A stretch of DNA of 64,000 bases from Carcharhinus amblyrhynchos (lineage: Eukaryota), in NCBI GenBank assembly GCA_965287045.1, contig OZ336878.1, positions 62,434,001-62,498,000 on the forward strand, given 5' to 3'. Position 1 is the first letter of the stretch; each line of letters begins with the position of its first letter. A program made the translations under genes and the position numbers. Below the pieces are notes generated by a model. That model was given only the letters and a program-made list of their open reading frames with translations. It was not told the DNA's origin and made no database searches. Below, one piece after another: positions 48,250 to 61,974 of the stretch.

Positions 48250-50589
48250 GCATTAGTCAGAGCAGTGAGTTCCAAAATAGGAGCACTAGCGTTGCATACT
48301 GATTAACATTATTTTGGACCTACTCAGCATTCTCCCAATGCCCACTCACTGTGCCCATGCTAATGCCTTCACCAATATTTCATCTGGTGCAATTTTAAGT
48401 GCAGTTTGCATTTGGAGCACCAACTGTGCAGGAAGTAGAAGCTCTTGACCCAAATACTCAAATCAAATGCAGATGATTCAAACTCAACTCAACTCTAAAT
48501 GGATCAAAATGAAGAGTTCTGAAATGAACCACTGTTCTCAAAGTATTGTGACATATTGTAGAGCAACGAAGACAATCACTTAAGTTATGGTGCTTACTAA
48601 GCACAATCCACTGACGCAGTGACCCTCTGGTACTTCAGCAGCCCTTCTTTGTATACAAGCATAATTAAACAACTCTAAATACCTATTTGGCTAGTGGCTA
48701 ATCACAGCCAAACCAAACTCTATCTTCACTCAACATTTAAACAATGTTCCATTCTTAATCTCCCTCTTTCACAGATACACACACAAAGCTTTGCAAAGGG
48801 CTACTGGATAGAATTCAGGATTGGTACTGGTTGTCTACTTCAGCCATTCTGTCATAGAATTTTTTTTTGTTTATATCCCATTCAATCCAATCAAAGTCCA
48901 ATTCAAAGTTTCAGCAAGTGAGATATTTTAGATCCATGCTGTTAAGACAGGATCCCACTTCCTGTCTTGGGCTTGATTTACATGATCCAAGCTGATTGGA
49001 GCAGGCATTGCACCTTCTCCTCTTAGCCAAAAGGCCTAGATGCGGCTTTAAAAAGTTGCTTCAAATGAAGCCTCAGTGTAACCTCATGACTTCAACCAAG
49101 TGCAGAATGCCAAAACTATACTTGATCTTAGCCAAGATTGGTCAAACCAATCTCACACACCCCCCACCCCCTCGCACCATGATGAGCTGCCTATATGAAC
49201 TACTGAAACTCATGTGATGCTCACAAATCCATAGTATAGTTAGGTAGGAAGTGTCACAATTTTGACCCAGTGGTGTTGAATTTTCAAGTCAGGATGGTGT
49301 GTGGTTCAGAGTAATGTTAGCTTTTTTAACAGAAAACTTCTTGGTGAATGGACTTTCCTAATTTATTGATAAAGAAAACAATTGGAGATTAGCATGTAAA
49401 GAGGAAGCATGTACACTCTGCTAGGGGAAGAAAACCCCTTAAGATACATTTTAATTACAACTTAACCTTAAAGCTGTCCTGACTTTTATTTATTGTAATT
49501 ATTTTAAAAAATCCATAGTAACCTAATCTAGCAGGTTTAAGCTGTTGTTCTGCGACACATTATATTAAAACTTCAAAGCTTTGAAAATCCTCTCAGCTCA
49601 AAGCATTAGGCCTTAATTATAAATAACCTGCTGTTAGGATACCAATCAAACCACAAACAATAGTCTGCATGCAGATAATGCCATAAGACAAAAAATTATT
49701 ATTCCTTTTATTTAGCCTTTGGCTGCTTTTCTTTTGTCACACACGATATATCAAACCTATCATGTTATGTAGACTAGATAACAAACAGAAGCCTGCAGAA
49801 AAATTAGCACCAGTGAGGCAGAGGACTTCTCCGAGAACTATTGATTAAGTAACAAAGGAACATGCCAGTCATGGTCAGTAATTTAAGCTGCCGCGTCCTT
49901 TAATTACTTTAAAGAGTAGTGTGCAAGTCACACTCTGATAGTTGGTATTTTATGCTCTGCAGACACAGGGGAATGACTTGTAGGTTTCTGTTCAAAATAA
50001 CCACTGTAGGATTGGGGACTGATTGTAAAGAAGTCTGACTTGAAGGCAGTACGGTTTTGAGCGTGCAAGGCAAAGCTATAGAATGGTAGTTGTGAGTATT
50101 TTTTGTATTCACACTGGATGAACTGTTACTTTCAATCCCTCTATGTTATGACTTACGTGCTCACACAATAGAGCTCTACTTCATTCCCCCAGCTCTGTGA
50201 CCAGCCAGACTCCAGGGTTGAAACACCAAAGTACACGTCGGTAAACAAACGGGAGCAATCATACCAGGAAGATAAACTTAAAAAAGAGACCAGATTTGGA
50301 AATTCCATTTTGTAACAGTTAAACATTTACAGCTCATAGCCACAGAAGGAATTAAGAGCACTGTATCTGTTAAAGGGACTGGTTCTACTTACCTCAACGT
50401 TAATTGGTCAGGGAAAGGTTATAAAGACTGGATAATTGTGTGCTAGATAAGCATGTAATTTCTTCAGTGTATGCAATGTTCCATTGTTGTTTGAAGGAAG
50501 GGATGGCTATTGTAGCACAGCAGCTTGACAGTTGTTACAAGTATTGTTTCAGATGCTCACCATAGGCTGCTCTCTACCCTAGACCTTTT

Positions 50590-51075
50590 GCTAACATCAG
50601 TTCATCCAAAACTTTGCTATCCATAGTCTATCCTGCACCAACTCCCACTTATCTATCACTCCTCACCTTGCTGAATGACATCAGCTTTTGGTTCTTCAAC
50701 ACCTCAAACTGAAAATTCTCACCCCCATATCTTTAAATTCTTTTCATGGCCTCTTCCCTCTTGGCTCTGTGTTCTCCAACAGCACAACAACCACCTCTGA
50801 ACTCCCCATTCCTCTTTTACAGGCCCCTTGTTTGTTCCCCCTTCCCTCTGCCTCTCATTAGGTGGTTGCACCTTCAGCAATTTAGGTATTTGGCTCTGAA
50901 AGGCCTGCTCCAGGTCCCTCCTTCAAACCCAGTACTTTGACCAAGCTTTTCACCACCATTGCTGACATCTCCTTCCTCAGGATAGGATGCATTTGTTTTT
51001 GAATTATGCCTCTGTGAAGCATCTTAGGTCATTTATCTGCATTGACGGTGCTCTATAAATCTGAGCTATGTTGAT
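50590..51075 (+). mobile_element. L2-clade LINE 3' fragment
   Basis: IQNFA...ITPHLAE*H...LKIL...FKFFHGL-like decayed C-terminus; tail tgtgaagcatcttagg...ggtgctctataaat. Confidence 0.7.
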
Positions 51076-51329
51076 GAAATGTTACAGAGAGTGCATTTTG
51101 CATGTAGCTAATTTAAAATGACAGGATGGCTGAAGCACCCTGGGTTTGTGATTACCTCTCTACAGTTGTTCATTTATCTCCATCACACTGTTGGGCTCCA
51201 TAACTTTGCCAGATAATTTCTACTGCTTTAACTGTCAGCAGAAAAGTGGGACAGAGAAAAAAAAAGTGATGATGAACAATAAGTACTATTAATGTAAATG
51301 AAAGAAGGGCACATCAATTGCTGGGGAAT

Positions 51330-51825
51330 TTTAGAGGCAATTCAGTCAAGGTTTACTAGACTATTACAAGGAATGGGCATGTTGTCTTATGAGGAAAAGT
51401 TGGTGAGGTGAGATTTGTATCATAAAATTTAGAAGAGTAAGAGACGACTTGATCAAAGCCTTTAAGATCATTAGGAGTATTGAAAGGCTGGATGTGGAGA
51501 GGGTGTTTCCTCTTGTGGAAGAATCTGGAACTAGGGATCACTGTTTACAGGGTCACTCATTTAAGACAAGGATGAGGAGACAATTTTCCTCTCAGACGGT
51601 TGCGAGTCTTTGGAATTCTCTTCCACAAATAGCAGTGGAAGCAGAGTCTTTGAATATTTTTAAAGAAGAGTTGGATTCTTGATTAGCAAGGGGCTGAAAG
51701 GTTATCAGGGGTAGGCAGGAATGTGGAATTGAAATCAAAATCATATCAACCATAATATTATCGAATGGCAGAGTAGGCCCGAGGGGCTGAGTGCCTACCC
51801 TTGCTCCTAATTTATTTGTATGATT
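51330..51825 (+). mobile_element. Older CR1 3' fragment
   Basis: ORF 51449-51682 ...ERVFPLVEESGTRDH...LWNSLPQ..., plus 3' UTR. Confidence 0.88.
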
Positions 51826-51846
51826 GTGTGACAGATTCATTGGAAT

Positions 51847-52162
51847 GGGCGGCACGGCGGCACAGTGGTTAACACTGCTGCCTCACAGTGCCAGGGGCCA
51901 GGGTTCAATTCTGGCCTTGGGTGGAATTTGCACATTCTCCAAGTGTCTGCATGGGTTTCCTCTGAGTGCTCCAGTTTCCTCCCATACTCCAAAGACCACC
52001 AGGTTAGGTGGATTGGCCATGCTAAATTGACCCTTAGTGCCAGGGGATTAGCAGGGTAAATATGTGGGTTACGGGAATAGGGTCTGGGTGGGATTGTGAT
52101 CAGCACAGGCTCAATGGGCTGAAGGCCTCCTTTTGCACTGTAGGTATTCCATGATTCTATGA
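51847..52162 (+). mobile_element. Full-length V-SINE
   Basis: gggcggcacggcggcacagtggttaac head; gcactgtaggtattccatgattctatga tail. Confidence 0.92.
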
Positions 52163-53378
52163 ATTTGAAGAGCCATTAAATTAAAGTTTCAGGTATGAAC
52201 TTCCATAAAAACCCAGTAGTTAGTCAGATGTCTCTGACTGTAGTGTTTAAGAGTAATATCACACATACCTGTTAGTGTTGTTTGAAAAATAAAGCAGCAA
52301 ATTGGAGCTTGAAATAACAATTAAATTCTTTAGAAGAAATCTCAGGGTTAGATTCTGAAACGTTATGGCAAAAACCACAATCCAAAACTATGGGTCTACG
52401 TCACCACCTTTAGAAAGTCGATTCATTCAGATGGAAAACCAAATTAATTAATAGAATAAAGTTGCTCATTTCAATTCAGCAAGGTTGACGTTGCTTTATT
52501 ACTGCTTCCAGAAGTATAACTAAAAACCGGGATTTCTCAGTAATTGAAAGCAATCCACGATTCCTGTTTTTCCTTCAATTTTCTGAATGTAGGCATTACT
52601 GGCAAGACCGGCATTTATTGCCCCTCCCTAATTGTCCTGAGATGGTAACATCTGATCACTGTTAACCACGTTCATTCATAGGTGCTGGTGGAGTACAGGT
52701 GTTAGTCTGTGACACTGACACAACTGAATCAGAAGTGTACCTTTCTCCTCCTGTGAGGTGTCATTGGTAATCATTCAGGGCAAAAACAAAACAGGGCGGC
52801 CAACACTGGGCCAAATGGCCTCCTTCTGCACCGTAATCATTCTGTAATTCCTGAAACAATGGTGGTAGTTTGAGGCAATTGAGTAGCTTGCCAGGTCACT
52901 TGAGAGGGCAGTTAAGGATCAGCCTCATTGCTGTAGGACTGCAGTCACAGATAGACCAGACTGAGTAAGGATAACAGGCTTCCTTCTCTAAAGGACAATG
53001 TTGAACCAGTTAGGTTTTTGTGAAATCTCACAGCCTCCTGGCCATTTTTCCTTTAAACCTTTCATATTCTCTAACTGAGATTATTAGACCAGCCTCTGGA
53101 TTACTGATCTGCTAACTAACCACTACCATTCCAAATGATTATAGGAATCGACAACAACTATGATTGCATGATGATGAATATAGCTATGCTGGGAGGTATT
53201 GATTTTAGTTTTCCTGCCACAGAGCTGAAAGCAAACAGTGAGCATGTTTGGGAAAGAACAAGATTCAATCTTGTATTCTCATTGACCTCTATGTCAAATG
53301 TGATGAAAAGGTCAGAGAAAGGTAACTTGCTCCCAAGACATTTATTTTTGGAGTCAAGCAAGCCTCTTCTGTACTCAC

Positions 53379-53498
53379 CTGTTGCCCAGTAACAAGGAGG
53401 ATTGCACCCTCTTTCCAATGCGCCACTTGCCTATAAATGTGATCCAAGATTAAAAGCTCACTCCAGCAATTCTGAAGAAGTTTCATTTGGTCATCAAC
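53379..53498 (-). CDS. NR5A2: NR5A2 (LRH-1) internal coding exon, ligand-binding domain H4-H5-beta sheet, 120 nt, phase 0/0
   Basis: Translates [40 protein letters not shown], nearly identical to human LRH-1 as recalled ([40 protein letters not shown]). Acceptor cag at 53501-53499, donor GTGAGT at 53378-53373. Confidence 0.97.
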
Positions 53499-53669
53499 CT
53501 GCCGAACACAAAAATACACTGGGTCAACTTAACAAATTGACAAAGAAATGTAGCTGACAGCAGCACCTCTTCAGCTCCATTTCAGTAATGCAGCCCAGAT
53601 AGATACAGAAACTGGAAGAAGTACACAATTTCTTATCATGCGATTGAACTGAAAGAAAAACACAAAATA

Positions 53670-54075
53670 TTCATCGAACCCTACAGTGCAGAAGGAAGCT
53701 ATTTGACCCATTGGGTCTGCACTGACTGTCTGACAGCATGAGTGAGATTTTACAGCCTCGCTTGAGCAACACAGAAAATCCCGCCCATGCTCAACGGATA
53801 TGTCCATTGTCCGCCCCTTACCCACTCCGATTCCGTGGTGGACGGGGTGGTAGAATTCCAGCGAATATCTTACCCTTCCGCCTTCTGCCCCACCCTATCC
53901 CAGTAAACTCCATTTACCATGGTTAATCCCCCTAACTTCCTTGGGACACTAAAGGACAAATTAGCATGGCCAATCCACTAAATCTACACATCTTTGGACT
54001 GTGAGAGCACCCAGAGGAAATCCACGCAGACACAGGGAGAATGTGCAAACTCCACACTGTGCTACTGTGCCGCCC
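53670..54075 (-). mobile_element. V-SINE with a nested MITE (53738-53862)
   Basis: SINE tail and core interrupted by gagattttacag...gtagaattccagc. Confidence 0.8.
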
Positions 54076-54732
54076 TTATTGGAATAAAGAAGTTGGAAAA
54101 ATAATTAAATTTCTGAACAAAGCAACTTTCACCCCAGAAGAGAAATGAAAGAATTCTGCAATAACATGCCATCAATACTATTGGGTATATTTTAATAACT
54201 GTGCAGTCTTCATCTTAAGTTTTTCAGTGGAATATTAATAACTGCAATATGTAACTTCTAATGGCTGACAGGTGATCAATAAATATTTAACTGAAATTCT
54301 CTACATGTAGACATAGTGGCAGGCTTTTGGATTGAAGTGTTATTGGGAGATTGTGTGGTTTCAGAGTTCCAGGTGCCTGTGTGTCACAATCAGTGACCGT
54401 TATGAAATCATACAACTGAATGAAACATTATTCTAAGAAAAGAGTGAGTTTTTTACATAATAAAGTTAGCCACCAGGTAAGAGATTAGGAGCATCTGTGC
54501 AAAAGATGCATGTACGAGTGGTCACTTGTCTTTTTGCCCATTTTCCTATTCAAAATGGTGACCTACCTTCCAATAGTGAAAGAGTCAATTTGCCAATGTA
54601 TAGACTTGCCTGGGCAGAGGAATTATTTCTCAGAAATGAAAGAGGCATCCAATATTTGTAGCATATTTATTCCTAGAGATTAAAAATATCCATTGGGAAT
54701 TTATATAGCATTGGTTTTAAAATTAAATTACG

Positions 54733-55050
54733 GGATGGCACTGTGGCACAGTGGTTAGCACAGCTGCCTCACAGCACCAGGACCTGCGTTCAATTCTGGT
54801 CTTGGGTGTCTGTCTATGTGGAGTTTGCACGTTCTTCCCGTCTCTGCGTGAGTTTCCTCCAGGTGGTCCGGTTTCCTCCCACAGTTCAAAGATGTGTGGG
54901 TTAAGTGGATTGATGATATTAAATTGCCCCTTAGTGTTCGGGGATTGGCAGGGTATATACGTGAGGTTACGGGGACAGGGCATGGGTGGGCTTGTTGTTG
55001 GCTTGGCTTGTTGGGCCAAATGGCCTTCTTCTGCACTGTGAGATTCTAAG
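54733..55050 (+). mobile_element. Full-length V-SINE
   Basis: Head, core and tail motifs present. Confidence 0.9.
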
Positions 55051-56824
55051 ATCTGTAAATACTTTATTTCTTGAGATTGGACTGTGGAAGATTCAAGCAT
55101 CTATAATGTTTCCAATCATGAATCTACAAATTGAACTAAATAGTGAGATATCTCGAATGTTGCAGGAAAGGACTTGTAAAATTTGCTCTGTTCCTTCCTT
55201 TGAATTTGTCACTTGCCAGTAATGTCACAATTTTAAAATGTCTTTTCTGATCTTCCATACGGTTGTCTGTATTTCTCTGTATTGGGGGAGGTAAAAAATA
55301 AACAAAACTAGCTCATTTACGCATGTCAATTTTAATTTGAGTTATTTTCCCTCTGATTAAGCTGATTAATTCAGAGGATTAGGGAGACAATGTCGAGTTA
55401 CTTGATAGAAACACTCAGGCTTGAATTTTCACACAGATACAGAGGGTCTCTGGCTTATCGAAAATAGTGTGGATGGGGGTGAGGGGTCGTTTCCAGGGGT
55501 TATATCCAGTGCTTAGTTGGAGTGGGGGGGGGGGCACTTCTGCTGGGGAGGGTTGTGAGTGTTGGAGGTGGACCATGCAAGACTAGATCTGGGTCTTTAA
55601 AATAGTTACTTTTAAATTAGAAGTATTTTTCTTCCTTCTAACTCTTTCAGAGTAACTTGAAGCGTAAAACTGGCACAAACATCCAAAGTTAGCGATTTAA
55701 ATAACTTTGTCGGATGATTCCCAATTCAATGTTCAGGGGAAGTTAGTGCTTCTGGACAACTGTCAGGTAAACCCTTATGTGTGAACTTTGTTCCCCAGCA
55801 CACCTTAAGGGTATGCCCCCAAATCTAATGCTGGGCAGCCAGGAAGTCATGACATTTTATAATCCAGCTAAATCTGCTCTTTTTCTTAATCATGCTTGTG
55901 TTAATCTTACTTCTTATTATTAATTCAGTAGCTGTCTGTCTGTCTGCTGGTGAGGTATCCTCTGAACATCAGTGAAATCAGAACAGCACTATTTTTAATG
56001 CAGAGTTCATCAGGAAAAAAAGATTAATTGTTCACCCTGTGACCTGCTATCAGAGAATACTAATCTCAAAAGGCTGTATTTCAGTTCAGAGGGAATTGAA
56101 TCTGCATTGAAAGCAAATGTTTGTATTGGACAATATGAGAATATTGTCTGGAGTGAGCATTAACCATTATACAGGTGTCAATGCATCTAACAATATAATT
56201 AATCCATTTCGCATCCAGAATATCTGTATAGAAGCAAAGCATCTGTCAACATTGTTTTAGATTTACGGATGACAAAAGTATATATTATCATTAATTATTG
56301 TAATTGTCTGTAACATGACCCCAACACTGTTTTACGTTTTCTCTTTTCATTTGGATCATGTTTTTAAATATACCAGATTCAGGATGGTATTCTACTATAG
56401 ACAGAATACCAAATAAGCTCTGGATGCTGCATCAGTTCGATATCTCAAAATCTCAGTGAATGGACAAAATGCCACTCATTATTTTATCAAAATGTAATGC
56501 AGCTAATTAAAATTAGCAATGCAAACCGACTCAATTCAAATTTTGAAAATTACAATACTTAATCTTGCTTTCATAAGATCACCTTCTCTGTATTCCATCA
56601 AAGATATAAACTGTTCAAAAATAATTGATTGCTGGATATTCGAACTTTATGCATGTATATTCTCAACTGTGTTGTACTTTATATTCTGCCATAAAAGACC
56701 ATTTTTGGTCACAGAAAGGATGGGTAAGGAAAGACTATCCAGGTCATTGAGTCAATGTTCTTGACAACATGGCTTCTTCATTTACTAGTGGAGTTTCTCT
56801 CTGATTGACATTGGTATTGGGCTT

Positions 56825-58040
56825 TTTAAAACTCATCTTTGGGATATGGACATTTCTGCCTTGGCCATCATTTATTGCTCATCCCTAACTGTCCTGGAGA
56901 AGATGGTGACAGGCTGCATTTTTGAACTGCTGCAGTCCATGTGGTGTAGGTACATTCACTGTGCTGTTAGGGAGGAAGCTCCAGGATTTTGATCCAGTGA
57001 CAGTGAAGGAGCACGTAGCATATTTCCAAGTCAGAATTGTGGGTATCTTTGAGGAGAACTCTCAACTGGTGGCATTCCCATGTATTTGTCCTTCCAGATG
57101 GTAGTGGTTGTGAGTTTGGGAGGTACTATCTAAGCAGTCTTGGTGAGGTTCTGTGATGCATCTTGCGGCTGGTACACACCGCTGCCAGCGTGTGACGGTG
57201 ATGAAGGGAGTGAATGTTTTTGGATGGGGTAACTATCAAGCTTCGTCTGGGATGAAATTTTGAAATTGCACCCTGTACACCAGAGTCTGGGAACTCTACC
57301 AAAAACCTGCTTCCAATCTAAAGAACAACTGTTCACCGCTACCCTCTGTTTCCTGTCTCTCAGCCAACTTTGTATCCACTTCAATTTTTTATTCAATCAG
57401 CTCCAACTTTGCTCACAAGTGCGTTACGTGGCAATTTATCTACCTTTTGGAAATCAAAGTATACCACATCAACTGCATTACCTTATCACTCCTCCCTGTT
57501 AGTTCATCAATAAACTCTTAAATTTGCTAAATATGATTTGTCTTCAACAAGTCTGTGCTGGTTTTCCCTAATTAATCCAAATTTATCCAAGTGAGGAAAA
57601 CTTTTGTCCAGAGTTATCATTTCCAAAAGTTTTTCCCAACACTGAGGTTAAACTGATTGGCCTTTGAGTGCTGGGCTGGGATAATTTACACTGTTTTTTG
57701 AACAAAGGTGTAAACATTTGCAATTCTCCAGTCCTTTGGTACCACTCTGTACCTAAAGAGGATTCAAAAAATTATGGCCAATGCCTCCGCAATTTTCATC
57801 TGATCTTCCTTCAATATTCTTGGATGATCCTGGTGACTTATCAACTTTAAGCCTATCTAATACCTCACCTGTCCACATTTTAAACCCATCAAGTGTTTCA
57901 ACAACCTCCTTTCATCATGACTTGGGCAGCATCTTCTTTCTTGGTAGACAGATACAAATAGCCATTTAGTACCTCAGTCAATTTCCCTGCCTCCATGTAT
58001 AATCAGCCTCATTCCTCTTTATCACTCTTTTACTGTTTAT
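56825..58040 (-). mobile_element. Old LINE fragments (56825-57250 3' end; 57270-58040 CR1 RT region)
   Basis: ORF 57130-57396 WIQSWLRDRKQRVAVNSCSLDWKQVFGRVP is a CR1 RT motif. Confidence 0.75.
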
Positions 58041-59509
58041 ATGCCACGTAGCTGCCATTGGTTCAAAACTCATTATAGCTATGAACTGGGGGGAATTAAC
58101 AATTTGTTTTTGGAAATAAGAAAATATGACCAGAAAAGACTGCCTGACATGCAAAAGAGCATTCCAAAGCATTCCTCAAGATGTTCAGATTGTATTGAAC
58201 CTTTCTCATTAATCACTAGACTTTATTTTGAAACCCAAATCACCCCATGCCATGTGAAATTAAAGCATATTTAATTAGTGACATTAAACCGAGGGAAGGA
58301 AGATGTTCACATAGTACTAGTTTTGGTGACTTAGGTCGATTCCGGGGGGGAGGGGGGGGGGGGGGGAGGGTGGAATGCAGGTCGTTACTTGTACAACCCT
58401 CAGGATGTCCTTCAATGTTATCAATGTGGGATTTCTCCCCCTCAGGATATTGTGGACTGCAGCAATGATTCTGGGCCAACATCAGGAGTAAAGCTGGATA
58501 TTTCAGCTCAAGAATGTAACAAGAAAGTTCCACAATTCTGCACCTTTCATTAATTCTTGATGTTTCAGACATAAGTATGTCGAAGTTACAGTGGGGGAAC
58601 TGAAAGAAAAATCATGGTGAGATTTAAAGGAATTACGTGTGACTATAATTAGCAGTAATTATCTGGAAGCGGAAACAATCATCTTTTGGGTAATTCTGCT
58701 TCAGATATGAACACTACAAATATGACCTCATAAGTAAAAGGAAATTGGAATAATGTGTTTGTGCAAAGAAGGCCTTAGTTCAAAGAATTCTGGTGTCGTT
58801 GCCAGGCAAATTGCATTATTTCTCTCTGAGTCACAGATGGCACAATGGACAACCACAGCCTGTGTATTGTCCACAGATAGGAAGGTGGTTCGATACATCT
58901 GAATCACATTTGTTTCTGATCGCTATGATTCATGCAAACTAATTTGAGGTATAATCAGAGTCATCAATTTATGACTTTAAAGAACTCTCTGATGTAAAAA
59001 TAATGTTTCCAATAAAATTTCAAGATCACAACAGTTAATTCATTGATATAGAATTGCAAGTTGCATTAAGAGGGAAGGAAGAAACACTCCTTTCTGTTCT
59101 CCATTAACTGGGCTGAATTTGGCAGGATGGAAAGCTGGGAGCAACACCACCTCAGCTGTCTGTGGGAGCTTGAACCCTTATCTGGTATCCATCAGGCAAT
59201 TAATTCCCTGGCCATTGAACTCCTCTTTAAGGGTGAAGATCCCACTTTCAAGAGCTAACAGCCAAAGAGGGCTGGCAGCCCTTCCGTCCCAGCATTGGCA
59301 CAAGGAGCAGTGGTTGAAACTGTATCCGGTCCACAGCTGCATCATGAACACCACAATGAAATCCAGTTGGATGGGGTTGGGATTGCTGGAACTAGCTAGG
59401 CCTTGATGGGTTGTTTTCCTAAAAATTGAGGCCGAATGGGAAAAGTGGCCACTTAAAGGCCTTATCACCCAAGACCCTGCCCAGGCTTCTGTGAGATAGC
59501 ATCTGGGCA

Positions 59510-59705
59510 TCATCCCACAGTCCAAAGATGTGAGGGTTAGGAGCATTGGCCGTGCTAAATTGCCCCTTGGTGTCCTGGGATGAGTAGGAAATAGGGATTA
59601 GCGGGGTAAATATGCGGGTTGTGGGGATAGAGCCTGGGTGGAATTGTTATTGGCGCAGACTCGATGGGATGAATGGCCTCCTTCTGCACTGTAGGGATTC
59701 TATAA
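59510..59705 (+). mobile_element. Partial V-SINE
   Basis: cccacagtccaaagatgtg...cctccttctgcactgtagggattcta. Confidence 0.85.
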
Positions 59706-60764
59706 TTCTAAGCAGCAATTACTATATCAAAAATAGGTTTCAGGTGTGTCTGAACAAGAGAAAGATAGAGAGAGAGAGGAGGAATAGAATTTCTCTTGGT
59801 TCAGACGAAACATGAGGTTATATTAAATACAATCAATTTTGGCCTCCTATATTCTGGAGCGTCAGATTTTGAGAGTGTTCTGAGTGAACTTGGAACAGTG
59901 CGCGCAGTTCACAACGAGAAGGCATTTGTAAAATTTAGCAGATTTTAATTTTCTCCAGGGCTTTATTAAGATGCAGGATGAGACCAATCACAAAGCAAGG
60001 CTGTACTTTTCACTTCCAATAGCAGACCTTTCCAGTTCGGATATGGTACAGGTAAGGTGTAGGGATAAAGATTCCCATCAAATTTATCCACCATCTCAGC
60101 CTGGTTCTGCTTCAAAGCCAGCTCCCAAAGTTTAAAAGGGCAATGATTTAACGGAACCCACTGTGATGAAAATGCAGGTAGTAATGCAATTTAGATTTTG
60201 GTTTAAGTTCTTTTACCCACGCACAAACATTGTGACTCCTCCACTATCGCAAAATATCTAACTTATCTATGTTTCCTCCAACACAAACTGCCTTTATTAA
60301 AGTTATTAATTAAGTAATTTGCTCACTTTGTGACACGGCCTGTACAATCATTTATTATTAATTCTATTATAGTAAAGGGTTATCTTAAACAAGAGAGGCT
60401 GTAAGCCAAAAAAATGCCTGAGGTGTCATCAAATATGAAGGAGTCAAAGGCTGAACAAAGGGATTATTGTTGCATGCGTTGCTCTTCCCACACCTCCTCA
60501 CATTAGTTCATTTAAACTGTTGCTGATAAATGAAAGCGGTCATTGAAGTTAGTAAACAGAGCAGAAGAAAAATCTCTCCAATATAGAGGCAAAAAGACAT
60601 CTGTGTTCCTCTTATCTCCACTGTGTAACCATCCTTTGTACATTCTGTGACATTCCACTATTTATCACTTTCCTTAAGAAAAAGGAAAATTGTAATGTTC
60701 TCTCCATAATGGAAGTATTTTTTACTATGCTAAATCAAGGTGGACCAACCCATGTTACTACCAA

Positions 60765-60955
60765 AGTTTATCCCTCAATCTACATCACAACAGACTCTCT
60801 GGTCACTATCACATTGTTATTTCAGGAAATTTGTGTGATGTGCAAATTGGTCACCACGTTTCATACAGTGGCTACATTTTAAAAAGTAATTCATCATAAT
60901 AATTTGAGATGTCTTGACGTGAAAAGCATTGTACAAATGCAACTCTTTCATTTTT
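60765..60955 (+). mobile_element. Deu-SINE-like 3' part (related pieces at about 26845-26945 + and 62440-62560 -)
   Basis: tttatccctcaatc...ctggtcactatcacattg...tgcaaattggtc...aaaagtaattcat. Confidence 0.65.
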
Positions 60956-61500
60956 CAGTTGATATGAGACTAGTTCCAGTGTCCATATTATGTTCCTTGT
61001 TTGTTAGTTGATTACAATAACCTGGGATGGGGGGATCCAAGTTAACTTGTTGTCTCTGCAACTCTTGTTGACTGAGGAAAACTGCACTGGGCAGTGTGTC
61101 TGAGGCATAGTCCTACATATTTCAAATTGTGCATCTATGGGTTTGAGACTGGAGTTATACAGTACTAAGCAGCACAGATTCCTAATAAAAAGGGAGGGAG
61201 GAATCTTGTGCCTCAGAGCTTTCGTGTGTTCAGCAATCTTTTAAATCATTGTGCGACTTTTGTGCTGTTGTGCACTTTACACACTGGTTCAACAGCAGTA
61301 TAATTCAGCACTCTTTCTGCTGGAGCTGAGTACTTTCTGCAGTCCAGAAATACAGCTTCAAGTTAAGAACTTTGTAATCACTGGTCATTGCCTGCCCCAA
61401 GACTGGAAATTCCTGTCCAAGATCAATGCACCTTTAAATGGTTCCTGCAGCAGGCGGGATTGGAAAATTTACCCCTCAATGTGGGAGCAGCTGATTCAGA

Positions 61501-61974
61501 CATAAGAACATAAGAAATAGGAGCAGCAGTAGGCCATCTAGCCCTTCGAGCCTGTCCCGCCATTTAATAAGATCATGGCATATCTGATAGTGGTTCAGTT
61601 CCACTTACCCGCCTGCTCCCCATAACCCTTAATTCCCTTATTGGTTAAAAATCTATCTATCTGTGATTTAAACACATTTACCGAGGTAGCCTCCACTGCT
61701 TCAATGGGCAGAGAATTCCAAAGATTCACCACCCTCAGGGAGAAGAAGTTCCTCCTCAACTCTGTTCTAAATTGACTCCCCCTTATTTTGAGGCTGTGCC
61801 CTCTGCTTCTTGTTTCCATTCTAAGTGGAAATAATCTCTCTGCTTCTACCCTGCCTAGCCCCTTCATTATCTTATATGTCTCTATAAGATCTCCCCTCAG
61901 CCTTCTAAACTCCAATGAGTACAGGCCCAGTCTACTCAATCTCTCCTCATAAGCTAACCCCCTCATGTCCGGAT
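61501..61974 (-). mobile_element. Young CR1 3' fragment
   Basis: ORF 61595-61966 MRGLAYEERLSRLGLYSLEFRR...GKWN*; cataagaacataagaa tail. Confidence 0.96.

Larger units (their letters stand above)
37843..53378 (-). other. NR5A2: NR5A2 GT-AG intron, 15,536 nt, between the two LBD exons
   Basis: Canonical GTGAGT...TTTTCCAG ends; splicing joins GQQ|VDF as in the orthologous protein. Confidence 0.93.
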
